A stretch of 32,000 bases of DNA, from contig NZ_CP065581.1 in assembly GCF_018389705.1 (NCBI RefSeq), positions 1,003,495 to 1,035,494 on the forward strand. The letters are read 5' to 3'. A model generated the notes under the pieces. The model saw nothing but the letters and a program-made list of their open reading frames with translations. It was not told the origin of the DNA and ran no database searches. Made by a program: the position numbers and the translations under genes. The stretch is from Mycoplasma mycoides subsp. capri. Its GTDB lineage: Bacteria; Bacillota_I; Bacilli_A; Mycoplasmatales; Mycoplasmataceae. Numbering within the stretch: position 1 is the stretch's first letter; the number at the start of each line of letters is the position of its first letter. Of the stretch, positions 1 to 11,286 are shown piece after piece.

Positions 1-125
1 TTCTGGTTTTGGTTCTGGTTTTGGTTCAGGCTCAACTACTGGTTCAGGTTCAGTCATCATTGGTTCTGGTTCAGTCATCATTGGTTCAGGTTCAACTACT
101 GGTTCAGGTTCAGTCATTGGTAATT
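1..125 (-). repeat. Degenerate tandem repeat coding (MTEPEP/VVEPEP)n
   Basis: Repeated ggttcaggttcaactact / ggttcaggttcagtcatcatt units visible on the + strand. Confidence 0.75.
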
Positions 126-546
126 GTTCAACAACCATAACTTCTTCTTTTTTCATTGGTTGTTCTTCTGATTCAGTTTCAACAATTACATCACCTTCAG
201 TTTTGATTGTAATGTCTACTTTAGTTGTAGAATCTTCAACTTGAATAGTTTTTACTAAGTTTTTGTAGTATAAAATGTAAAAAATTAAAGAAACAATTAG
301 TATTAGTGGTATTCAAGTGATGAATGCAATGTTACAAAATTCATCCAATCCAGGTCCTCATTTAACCGGTTTAGCTAATGTAACACCAAAACCAGTTAAA
401 GCTGTCATAAAGTCAGGACCAATTTTTCCTGTTCATTTACTTACATTAACTAGTTTTAAAATAAAGATGATAACAAAAGAAACAAAAAATAGGCCTAGAA
501 ATATTCTAGCTACAAGTAAGTGTTTACTTGATGGTTTTTTTGACAT
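1..546 (-). CDS. Membrane protein with acidic Glu-Pro-rich C-terminal repeats (continues past window start)
   Basis: Minus-strand translation MSKKPSSKHLLVARIFLGLFFVSFVIIFILKLVNVSKWTGK... with two hydrophobic stretches, then TEPEPVVEPEPMMTEPEPMMTEPEPVVEPEP repeats; GAG-type RBS upstream. Requires UGA=Trp. No stop before base 1. Confidence 0.7.
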
Positions 547-764
547 TTTCATATCTCTTTTTACTTCTTTCTATAGATTAAAGATTGCTATTTAATATAG
601 CTGATCAGTACACATATATGAGTAGGTTTTGAAATGTTATTAAAAATAATACCTATAAAATAATTATATATTTTATTAATTTATGAATTTATTTAGCAGA
701 GAAAATTTCGTAATATAGGCTTAAAATTTGATAAAACAAGCGTTCATTTGTAATAAATAAATGT

Positions 765-794
765 GTTCTTTTAAAATTGAGCTTTTAAAAGAAC
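765..794. repeat. Perfect 12-bp inverted repeat with 6-nt loop
   Basis: GTTCTTTTAAAA-ttgagc-TTTTAAAAGAAC. Confidence 0.7.
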
Positions 795-821
795 AACCTT
801 TTTTAAGCATTTAAACAAAAT

Positions 822-860
822 AAAAAATTCCTAAGATCTTTTAGATCATTAGGAATTTTT
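822..860 (-). terminator. Intrinsic terminator of MFS transporter gene
   Basis: AAAAATTCCTAA...TTAGGAATTTTT immediately 3' of the minus-strand stop at 862, ending in a T run on the minus strand. Confidence 0.7.
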
Positions 861-861
861 C

Positions 862-2289
862 TTATTTTATTTCTTTTTGTTTAGATTTAAAATTGGGAAA
901 GGTTTTTGCATCATCTCGAGGCTCTTTTAACATTAATATTCCAACAAATGACAATAACGCCAGAAGAACAATTAATACTACTTGAATAATAGCTACACTT
1001 GCCTTTTTTTCTATTCCTAATAAAGGAATTGAAGAAACAATAATTAAAGAGAATGTAAAGAACATATATCCAAATCCTCAAATTAAACTAAACATTCAAC
1101 CAATAGTTTTTGGATCTGCATCTTTATATTCATGTGGTAAGTTTAAAATAACTGCTTCTATTCCTCAAGTACAAAATCCTGATAAGAATCCTAAAATGTA
1201 AAATAATGCTAATCAACCTTTATAATTACCTGAAAGTGATTTATTTTCTTGACTATAATTTGTAGCCAATCCAAATTTATAAACAATAATTGAAAGTATA
1301 AATAATAAAATACCCATACCTGTAAGCGCTACAATATATCATCTTCTTTTTAAATTAAATCTTGATCATAAACCAACAATTACTGGTCCTACAGTTCCTG
1401 CAAATAAGAATAAAATTTGTCATATTCTTATCTCATTAGCTAAAGTATTAGATTCTAAACCAGAAATTCATGGAAATAATAATAAGCTTAATGATGTTGG
1501 AAATACTGCAACAACTAATCAACCACCAAAAACTAATAATCAAGCATAAGTTGATTTAGTTTTTAAGTAGCCTTTTAATATTTTAAACCCATTAACTTTA
1601 GGTTCATTTGAATCTTTTTTAACATCAAAATTAGTTCCTAAGAAAAGAACTGCAAGTAATGGTATTAAGTAAAGCAATGACATAATACCAAATACTAGTT
1701 TTCAATTATTTTGTATATTTTGAACAGCTTCACTATTTCCAGCAATTACAAATGGAACTAAAGAAACAATTGAACCTAATGGAAAGAATGCAATTGCTAT
1801 TTGAGAATAAACAGGTTTTGCTTTTTTAGTAAAGAAGTTAGCAGCAACCGGTTGGAATAATATAGTTAACATAGTTCCACCAATTGCCATAACTGTTCTT
1901 AGAATTAAGAATAATACATAACCATATTTTTCACCTGGCATAAAAATTGCTGGTAATCCAAATAAAGTCATTACACAAGCAATTAATGTTGCTCTTTTAT
2001 GTGCAAATTTAACTAATAAAAAAGCAACAGCAACTGAACCAATACCTCTACCAAAAGTAATTGCTCAGTTAGCAGCTGTGTTTGTTAATTGGAATGATTG
2101 ATCATTTACAATTTTAAAATAACCTAAAAATCCTGGTGAAGTAACACCATCTTTAATTCCTCCACCAGCTAACCCAATAGCAAAAGCTCAGTTAGCAATA
2201 AATAATAGGTAGCCAAAACCAATAAAAGCTCATAAGATACTCCCATAAAGCATTTTATGATTTTGCGATCATTTTTCTACAGTTTTCAT
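862..2289 (-). CDS. Major facilitator superfamily transporter
   Basis: 476-codon frame intact with UGA=Trp (MKTVEKWSQNHKMLYGSILWAFIGFGYLLLIANWAFAIGLAGG...); many TM segments; overlaps ORF track pieces 862..1065 and 1702..1971 in one frame. Confidence 0.8.
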
Positions 2290-2439
2290 ATACGCCCTTT
2301 CAAAATTGATCTTTTATGCTTTCTCTTGTATTTTACAATATTTAAAGACTTAGAATTTAACACAAAAACTAAATTAAGTTATTTTTGACAATTTATCATA
2401 TATTTTTATATAAAAAGTAGCATAAATACATAGCAAAAT

Positions 2440-2464
2440 AAAAAAAGCAACCATATGGTTGCTA
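2440..2464 (-). terminator. Intrinsic terminator
   Basis: Perfect palindrome GCAACCATATGGTTGC (2447-2462) followed on the minus strand by TTTTTTT; 3' of CDS 2494..3138. Confidence 0.75.
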
Positions 2465-2493
2465 AATTAATTTTTATAAATTTATCAAAATAA

Positions 2494-3138
2494 TTAAATT
2501 TCAACTAATTGATTAGATTTTTCTAACATTTTAATAAATTGTTCTATTACATAATCTTTATACTTTAAATTAATATCAGAAACACAGACTTTTTTAGTTA
2601 TAGTTGGAGTATTAAAATTAATAGTTATATAATCACAATCCAAACCTTTAAGTTGATCTAATAAGTTCTTTTTTATCTGTAGATCTTCTATGTTCTTTTT
2701 TATATAATTTTGATAGAAACGAACTGATTTTAAATTAGATTTATCTAAATAATTTTGAAAATATTTATCAACATCAATTATATTATTATGCATAGCAAAA
2801 TCAGATATTTCATATTCTTGTCAAACATCATCATAAGTTAAAACTAATACATAAAATCTAATTAAAGCATCTATAAAAATTCATCCTAAAACATCTTTGT
2901 TTAAAATAATTTCTAAAACTCTTTTTGTAATTCTTTTTTGATAACTATTTTTAATTAACATTAAATTAAATAATGTTTTTAATTGATTGTGATTAAAAAA
3001 TGGTGAGGTTTTAAATTTATTATTTTCAAAATGTATTAGCTTTTTATAAATTTTTTCTACAGTTCAATTTGAATCTAAATATTTAATTAATTCATTGATT
3101 TGACTTTTATAATTTGTTTTAATTCAAGCTAGTGTCAT
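2494..3138 (-). CDS. Hypothetical protein (~214 aa)
   Basis: Single frame with UGA=Trp: MTLAWIKTNYKSQINELIKYLDSNWTVEKIYKKLIHFENNKFKT...MLEKSNQLVEI*; preceded by an aAAGGAAAac RBS-like sequence. Confidence 0.65.
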
Positions 3139-3194
3139 TTTTGTTTTCCTTTATTTAAATTAAACATAACAAAAAACAAGTTATAAAACTTGTT

Positions 3195-4175
3195 TTACAA
3201 TAAAACTATTCCTTGTTTTTTTAACTCTTCTTTATATTGTTTTTCTCACACACTTACTTGTACTTCACCAATATGAGCTTTTTCTAATAAAAACATACTT
3301 AATCGGCTTTGACCAATTCCTCCACCAATAGTTAAAGGTAATTTATCATTAAGTACTTGATCGTGATATAAACCTAAATCAGAATCTGTTTTATTTAATA
3401 TTTTAGTTTGTTCACTTAAACTTTTAGCATCAACTCTAATACCCATAGAACTAATTTCTAAAGCTTTATCATTAACTAGATCATAAAAAATTAAATCACC
3501 ATTTAAATTTCAATCATCATAATCAAATGCTCTTTTTGAATGAGGTTTTTTATCTGGTAAATCATAACCAATTTTATAAATAAATACAGCTTTATATTCT
3601 CTTGCAACTTCATCTTCTCTTTGTTCAGCTGTTAAATTAGGATATTCATTATATAAATCTAAAGAATCAATAAATGTTAATTGTTTTGGTAACTTATCTA
3701 CTAAATCAGGATATTTAAAATTGATTTTGTGTTCAACATATCTAATCGAGTCATAAATTTTAGTAGCAATTTGTTTTAAAAATTCAAGATTTCTTTGTTC
3801 TTTACTTATAATCAATTCTCAATCTCATTGATCAACATATAATGAGTGTTTATAATCAACAACATCATCTTTTCTAATAGCATTCATATCTGCTCAAATA
3901 CCTTCACCAAAATTAAAGTTATATTTATCTAGTGCATAGCGTTTTCATTTAGCAAGTGAGTGAACTATTTCTAAGTCTTCTTTTCATTGATTAGGAGTAA
4001 ATACAACTGGAATATCACCATTTAATCCATCATTAATTTTAGATTCTGAAGTTACAAAAAGTGGAGCTGAAACTCTTGTTAAGTTTAAATTTTGTTTTAA
4101 TTGCTTAGTTAGACCAAATTTAATATCTTGAATAGCTTGTTGAGTTTGTTTAATACTTAGTTTAGATTTATACAT
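3195..4175 (-). CDS. asnA: Aspartate--ammonia ligase
   Basis: 326 aa in one frame; [53 protein letters not shown] and [30 protein letters not shown] are typical AsnA signatures. Confidence 0.95.
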
Positions 4176-4379
4176 AATACTCCTTTTTACATTAATAAAA
4201 TTATATTATTTTAAATTTAAATATTATAAAAACATAAACTTAAACTGCATTAAATACTAATATATGACATAGATTTACAAAAGAGTTTTAATAAATATTG
4301 TTTTATAAGTTATTTATTTTTTAAAATTGGCTATTTTTTATTTTTATTTTCTAATACTAATATAGATAGGAAATAATTA

Positions 4380-5140
4380 TGAAAACTAAAAATACTAAAT
4401 ACATTAGCATATATTTAGATGAAAGTGGTTCAGGAAATTCACCTTTTTTTATTGTCGGAGGATTTTATTTATTAATTTTGATAGAAAACAAATATATATT
4501 CAAGAAGTTAATATATCAAAAAACATTGAATATATTGAGTCCCAAATAAAAAAGAACAACAAAAAAACAATAGATTTAAAAAAAAGAAATCAAATTTATA
4601 AATCTAACATTTAAAAATAAAAGATTACTTTTCAGTAATATAAAGAATAATAATCAGGTTAATATTTCTATGTTATATGATTTAGTTAAATTTAAAAATG
4701 TAAATCAAAAACCCATATTAATTGATTATTTATACAATATAATGGTCTTTTTAATTCTTCAAAATATACTTTTTGATTTATTAAAACAAGATTTTATAAA
4801 TTTAAAAGATGAGATTTCTATAAAAGTAAACATAGATCAAAGAAGAAACTATAAAAACTCTCTAACCAAATCTAATTCATTTAAAGAATTAAAGATGTAT
4901 TTGAACACTAGGATGTATGAAAAATCTAAATTCATAAATATGAATAAAATAGAAGTTTTACAGTTTAATTCTAAGTTAGAACCAAATATTAGGTATGCAG
5001 ATTATTATGTGGGATTGTTATCATCGGTAAGAAGAATTTTAAAAAATCAAGCAAAAAGTTATGATTTTAAATCAGACAAACTATTATGTTTACTAAATAA
5101 TAAAATTAAACATATCGAATATAAAAATACCTTTTCTTAA
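4380..5140 (+). pseudogene. DUF3800-like protein, multiply frameshifted
   Basis: MKTKNTKYISIYLDESGSGNSPFFIVGGFY (DUF3800 N-terminal D-E-S-G pattern), then DRKQIYIQEVNISKNIEYIESQIKKNNKKTIDLKKRNQIYKSNI in another frame, then ORF 4670..5140 ending ...IRYADYYVGLLSSVRRILKNQAKSYDF (the AD..vG.l C-terminal motif). Confidence 0.65.
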
Positions 5141-5196
5141 TATAATAAATAAATCACATTAATATATGAAAAAACACTTAAAAATGATAATATAAA

Positions 5197-5365
5197 AGTG
5201 TCACTTAAGACCAAAAACCCGAGGCACGTTCCTAAGCGTATGTGGATGACCACGAAATACGTTCGATTTTGGCAGCGGCGACAAGTGTTTACTTGTCTCA
5301 AAGTAAAAGAATTAATAATAAATTCTCAAAAAGCAACATCACAGACGTCTATGTTGCTTTTTGTT
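5197..5365 (+). ncRNA. Probable small structured RNA (candidate MCS4/U6-like small stable RNA of the M. capricolum group)
   Basis: GC-richer island in AT-rich intergenic DNA. Nested hairpin CGTAT-GTGG-atga-CCAC-gaa-ATACG (5237-5261) enclosed by CCAAAA (5211-5216)/TTTTGG (5267-5272); second hairpin ACAAGT-gttt-ACTTGT (5281-5296); ends in an intrinsic terminator. Exact 5' end uncertain. Confidence 0.55.
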
Positions 5366-5370
5366 TTTTT
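5328..5370 (+). terminator. Intrinsic terminator of the candidate small RNA
   Basis: AAAAAGCAACAT (5328-5339) / ATGTTGCTTTTT (5351-5362) followed by gttttttt. Confidence 0.8.
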
Positions 5371-5401
5371 ATATACAAAAAAAGAACTGCTATAGCAATT
5401 C

Positions 5402-7291
5402 TTAATTATCGATATTTTCTAATGGATACTGCTTTTTTAAATAAAATAATAGCATTTGAATATCAGCTGGATTAACTCCAGTAATTCTTGAAGCTTGTCC
5501 AATATTTAAAGGTCTAATTTTTTCTAATTTATCTTTTGCTTCTGTTGCTAAATTATCAACTTTAGAATAATTAATATCTAAAGGAATTTTTTTACGTTCT
5601 AATTTAACTAATTTATCAACTAATTGACGCTCTTTTTTAACATAACCTTCAAATCTAATTTCAATTACTATTGATTGTAATTGATTAGTTTTTAATTTTT
5701 GTAAACTTGGGATAAATTCAATTAATTCATTAATATCAACTGTTGGAATTTTAATAATTTCATAACCACTATATCCATGAGATAAATCAGCTTGATTTTT
5801 ATTTTTTAAATTTAATGCTAATTGAGATTTTGGTGTAAATCTAATTTCTTTTAATTCTTTGATAGCTTCTTCAATTTCTTTAACATAAATTAAATATTGG
5901 TTTCATTCTTGATCACTGATTAATCCAATTTCTCTTCCATATTGTTTTAATCTAGTTTCGGCATTATCATTTCTTAATAATAATCTATGTTCTGCTCTAC
6001 TTGTTAATAATCTATAAGGTTCTCAAACACCTTTATTAATTAAATCATCAATCATAACACCAATATAAGCTTCGTCTCTTCTTAAAATAATTGGATCTAA
6101 TCCATCTATTTTTCTAGAAGCATTAATACCAGCTATTAATCCTTGTCCAGCAGCTTCTTCATATCCACTAGTTCCATTAATTTGTCCAGCAGTAAATAAG
6201 TTTTTAACATCTTTTAATTCTAAACTAGGAGATAATTGAATTGGATCTATACAATCATATTCAATCGCATAAGCTCAATGTTTTACTCTAACATTTTCAA
6301 ATCCAGGTAGTGATTTTAACATCATTTCTTGAACTTCAATAGGCATTGAAGTTGAAAATCCTTGAACATATCAAGTATCTCCATTTAAAGTTTCAGGTTC
6401 AATAAAAATTTGATGAGTATCTTTTTCTTTAAATCTGACAACTTTATCTTCAAAGCTAGGACAATATCTTGGTCCAATTGATTCAACAGTTCCTGAATAC
6501 ATTGCAGATTTTTCTAAATTGTCTTCAATTATTTTTTTAGTCTCTAAAGTTGAATGAATTAAATAACAAGGTTGTTGTTTTTCTATTGGAGTATAGGTAT
6601 TTGTTGAAAAGCTAAAAGCTAGTTTCATATCAGTTCCTGGTTCAAGAACAGCATTACTCAAATCAACTGAATCTCTATAAACTCTAGCAGGAGTTCCGGT
6701 TTTAAATCTCATCAATTTGATTCCCAAATCAATTAGAGATTTACTTATTCCCTTAGTTGTTTTTTCATTATTAGGTCCTGATTCATATCTATCAACACCT
6801 TTTAAAATTTCAGATTTTAAATAAGTTCCAGTTGTAATGATTACTGCTTTAGCATTTAAAATAGTTTGATCATCTAAATAAATACCTGTAACAGTTTTAT
6901 TTTCATCATAAACTAAACCAGTGCATGCTCTTGTAATTAAATCTAAATTTTTTTGATTTTTAATTACATTTCTCATATATTTAGAATATTCTTCTTTATC
7001 TGATTGCACTCTTAATGCTCATACACCAGGTCCTCTTGAAGAATTAAGTAATTTAGTTTGTAAAGCAGTAGCATCAGCGGCTTTGGCCATTTCTCCACCA
7101 AGTGCATCAATCTCTCTAACTACTATTCCTTTAGCAGGACCACCAACACTTGGATTACATGGCATTGTTGCAATTTTATCTTCATACAAGTTAATTAAAG
7201 CTGTTTTTTTATTTAATCTAGCACTAGCTAAAGCAGATTCAACTCCTGCATGACCTCCACCTACAACAATTACATCATAATTACTTTTCAT
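5402..7291 (-). CDS. mnmG: tRNA uridine-5-carboxymethylaminomethyl(34) synthesis enzyme MnmG (GidA)
   Basis: 629 aa frame; [35 protein letters not shown]...[24 protein letters not shown] and [11 protein letters not shown]; the ORF track splits it at UGA=Trp codons. Confidence 0.97.
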
Positions 7292-7398
7292 ACCAAATCA
7301 CCCTTTAATCTATTCATTAATAATATTATATTTCCAATCAAATTTTAAAGCACTATATATTATTGCATAATTTATTATAATTCCACTAAAATAGAAAA

Positions 7399-7427
7399 TA
7401 AAAAAAGTTCAACATTTGTGTTGAACT
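7399..7427 (-). terminator. Intrinsic terminator of the symporter gene
   Basis: GTTCAACA-tttg-TGTTGAAC followed on the minus strand by TTTTTTATTTTC. Confidence 0.8.
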
Positions 7428-7438
7428 CAGGTTATTAA

Positions 7439-9016
7439 TTAATTTTTAACTTCTACTTTATTAGTTTGTTGAGCTTCTTTTATTTCTGGTTTTGATTTCT
7501 TTTCTCTAATTATTTTTTGTTTTTCTAGTTGTTGTTTAGATAGAATTGTTGATTCTTCACCAATTAATCCTTCACTTTTTGCAACAATTGTAGTAACTAC
7601 AGCTCCTGAAGTAACATTAACTCCAGTTCTTCCCATATCAAATAATCCATCTAATGAACCAACTATTGCATAAACTGGAGCAAATCAAACTCCTAAACCT
7701 AAACCAGATAAAACACCTGATGTAAGAACAGTTGCAGTTCCTGGAATTCCACTAATTCCTAAAGAAGCAATTAAGGTAATAACAAAGGCTAGTATAAAGA
7801 ATGTAAATAATCCCATATTGTGAAAATCAGCATTAACTGCACCAGTTCATAATAAACTAGTAATAACTCCAGATTGAACTCCAGCACATCCCATTAATCC
7901 CATTGTTGTTGATAATGGAACGACTGTTGATACTGCCGAATCATCTATTTTAATTTCATCTTTTAATGTTTCAATACTCATTGGTAAAGTAGCATTTGAA
8001 GATTGTGTTGCAAATCCTTGAATTAAAATTTTAAATGATAATTTTCATCAAGCAATAACATTAACTTTATTTACAAATAATAAGAATGTTAAGAATAGTA
8101 ATGAAATAGTTAACCCTAAATATCCTAGTCCTAAAACTTTTCCAATTGTTGCTAGTGCTCCAATTGGTTTAGAAATAACTGATGAAGCAATCATTGACAT
8201 AACTGCTAAAGGCATTATTTTCATAAATGTCATTAGTATTGAAATAACAATGTTTCAAGCAACATCCATTCCTTTTCTAATAGCATCCATTTCAGCAGGT
8301 TTTTTCTTAGATAAAATTTTTACTGAATTTCCAATTAATCCTGCAATTACCATTAAAGGAATTACCATTGATCCAAGTCATGGTTGAATAAAGTTATTTG
8401 GTAAATATTCTCAAACTATTTTAGGAAGTGGTTGAGTTTCTTTTGGTGCATTTTTTACAATAGAATGATCTAAAGATAATCCAGATCCAGCACCAACTTT
8501 TATTAAATAACCCAATCAGAATGTAATTACAAATGCAAATGCAGTATTTAATAATAATAAACCTACACCTTTTAATGAAATACGTCCAACATTTTTATTA
8601 CCTTTTTTTGATGTAACTCTAAAAATTGCAATAAACACAACTGGAGCTGTTAATAATAAAATACCATTAATAAAAATATTTTTTGCTAAAGAAATTCATA
8701 TATCTAATTGATATACTCACAATCTAAAATCAGGGTTGATTTTTTCTATTTTTTCACCATTATTTTTAATTTCTGTTGGTAAATTCTTATTAACTAATCC
8801 ATTTTGTGGAAATTTGTAAATAGCTTGAATAATAATTCCAAATACTAAACCAATTGCTAATCCAATTAAAACTCTATAAATGAATTTAAATTTAAATTTT
8901 TTAAATGTAAACCATAAACCAATTTGAATTCCGATAAATATAATAATAGCAATAGCCGCTTGTCAACTTCCAATTGCTAAGAATTTATCTAATAAAACAT
9001 TAGTCTTATCTTGCAT
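7439..9016 (-). CDS. Dicarboxylate/amino acid:cation symporter (DAACS family)
   Basis: 525 aa; multiple TM segments; motifs including MGRTGVNVTSGAVVTTIVAKSEG and the hydrophobic MTFMKIMPLAVMSMIASSVISKPIGALATIGK. Confidence 0.8.
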
Positions 9017-9035
9017 TTTTTATGTATTTCTCCTA

Positions 9036-10379
9036 TTAATTTTTAATAAGTTTTTCTAAAGCAATGTGAATAATATCTACAACTCTAGAAAATGGTGGTG
9101 AATATGGTAAATCAACTTGAGTTAATTCTTGATTAATTTCAATTTGATTTCAAATCAATGAAATTAAGAAATTAATTCTTAATACAGATAAATTAGATCC
9201 ATACATTTGAGCACCAATTAATGTATTTGTTTTTTTATTTAAAATTAGTTTTAAAGCAAGCGGCGTTGGGTTTGGATAATATGATGGATGATCAGCATCT
9301 TTAATAAAAATAGTTTTTATATCATATCCTAATTCTTTAGCTAAAGTTTCATTAACTCCAGTAGCAACTAATTCTGATTCAAATACTTTTAAAATCGCGG
9401 TTTGTAAAGTTCCAACAAATTCGCTATTAACATTTAAAATATCATCAGCTACAACTTTAGCAAATTTTCTAGCAACTGTTGCTAGTGGAGTATAAGTAAT
9501 TTGGTTAGTAATTTTATGATAAACAGTAGCACAATCACCACAAGATCATATATTTTTTAAATTTGTTCTTCCATGTTTATCAACAACAATAGCTCCATTA
9601 CCTAGCATTTCTAATTTTGTATCTTTTAAAAACTCAGTTGCTGGTCTAAATCCAATAGCTAAAATTATTAAATCAACTTCAATTTCTTCATTTTGATCTA
9701 AGGTTAAGCTTAATCTTTTATCTTTAGTTTGAGTTATTGATTTTAACCCATTTTCTTTAATAATTTCAACATTGTTTTTGATTAAGTTTTGCTCTAATAA
9801 ATCAGTGATTTCTTGATCAAACACTCTTTGATTTAATCTACTAGTTTTTTCAATTAAAACTATTTCTTTATTAAAGTGTTCTAACATTTCACAACACTCT
9901 AAACCAATAAATCCTGAACCAATTACTGCTACTTTTTTAATATTTTTGTCTTTTAGCTTTTCTTTTAATTCAGTTGCATCTTCTAATCTTGTTAAAGTAA
10001 AAATATTTGGTAAATCAATTCCTTTAATTGGTGGAACTATAGGCTTTGCACCTGTTGAGATTACTAATTTATCATAGTCTAACTCTAGTAATTGATCATT
10101 TTTTTCATATCAAACTTTTTGATTCTCAGCATCAATTTTTTTAACAACTGATTCACTATAAACTAAAATGTCTTGTTCTATAAATTGTTCTACAGTTCTT
10201 GCTAATAAATCAGTTGGTTTTAAAGATGGATTAGCTACAAAATAAGGTAAACCACAAGCTCCTAGTGAAACGTATTTTTCTTTTTGAATAACAATTATTT
10301 GGGCTTTTTTATCAGCTTTTTTTAGTCTGCTTGCAACTGTCATTCCACTAGCTGCTCCACCTATAATTACAATTTTCAT
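9036..10379 (-). CDS. FAD-dependent pyridine nucleotide-disulfide oxidoreductase (NADH oxidase / CoA-disulfide reductase-like)
   Basis: 447 aa; MKIVIIGGAASGMTVASRLKKADKKAQIIVIQKEKYVSLGACGLPYFV (FAD-binding GxGxxG-like and SxxxCGLPY), VDLIILAIGFRPATEFLKDT. Confidence 0.88.
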
Positions 10380-10596
10380 ACTAGCCTTTCTTATAAAAAT
10401 TGAATTAAAATTATTAAATATAAAAATAAAAATTCTCTATTTTTGCACAAATTAAAATAAGAAAAAAACTAATTTTCTTATTAAAATAATTCAAAACTAA
10501 ATATTTTTTATATTAATATTATTTATAAAATAATAATTTAATCTATTTAAATTATATAATCAGAACTTAATTATTAATGCTAAGAAAGTACTATTT

Positions 10597-11097
10597 ATGA
10601 AATCTAAAAATAAAAATAAAGCATTAATTATTGTAGATTATCAATATGATTTTTGTGATCCTAATGGTAGTTTATATGTAAAAAATGCTTATACATTAAA
10701 ACCTAAAATTGAAAAATTGGCAAAAGAATTAAAGTCTCAAGGTTGAACAATTATTGCAACTAAAGATTTTCATCCAATTGATCATTGTTCTTTTAAAATT
10801 TGAAATAAACATTGTGTACAAAATACTAAAGGTAGTGAACTTTATTTTGATTATAGTGATGTTGATTTAATTATTGAAAAAGGCGTTAATAAAGATATTG
10901 AAAGCTATAGTGGCTTTTTTGATGATGCTAATAACTCAAATGGATTAGATGAATATTTAAAATCAAAAAACATAGACACTTTAAAAATAGTTGGTGTTGC
11001 TACTGAAATTTGTGTAAAAGCTAATTATGATGACGCTATTAAATTAGGTTATGATGTTGAGGTTGATTTAGAATATTGCAAAGGTTTTACTGACTAG
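10597..11097 (+). CDS. Nicotinamidase / isochorismatase-family hydrolase
   Basis: 166 aa with UGA=Trp: MKSKNKNKALIIVDYQYDFCDPNGSLYVKNAYTLKPKIEKLAKELKSQGWTIIATKDFHPIDHCSF...LKIVGVATEICVKANYDDAIKLGYDV; Asp, Lys and Cys catalytic positions present. Confidence 0.88.
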
Positions 11098-11286
11098 AAT
11101 TATATTGTTTTATCTTTTAATTAATTGATCAATTTTAATGTTTTGCTATGAAATCAAAAATAAATCAAATTTTTTATAGCCTAATTTTTTAATTTTTCTG
11201 ATATTTTTATGATTTATAATCTCATTTTATATAATAAAAACGGAAAAAATTTATCTATTTTATAACACAAACTCTAGGAGAGAATA

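Noticed and set aside
317-595. Plus-strand ORF 92 aa
   Set aside because: Antisense to the better supported minus-strand membrane protein with an RBS and UGA=Trp continuity.
5198-5475. Plus-strand ORFs 5198..5395 and 5242..5475
   Set aside because: They overlap the structured RNA, its terminator and the antisense 3' end of mnmG; no RBS or recognisable protein.
862-9016. Interruptions of mnmG, the MFS transporter and the symporter as apparent pseudogenes in the ORF track
   Set aside because: All breaks checked are TGA codons in one continuous frame, explained by UGA=Trp in this genetic code.
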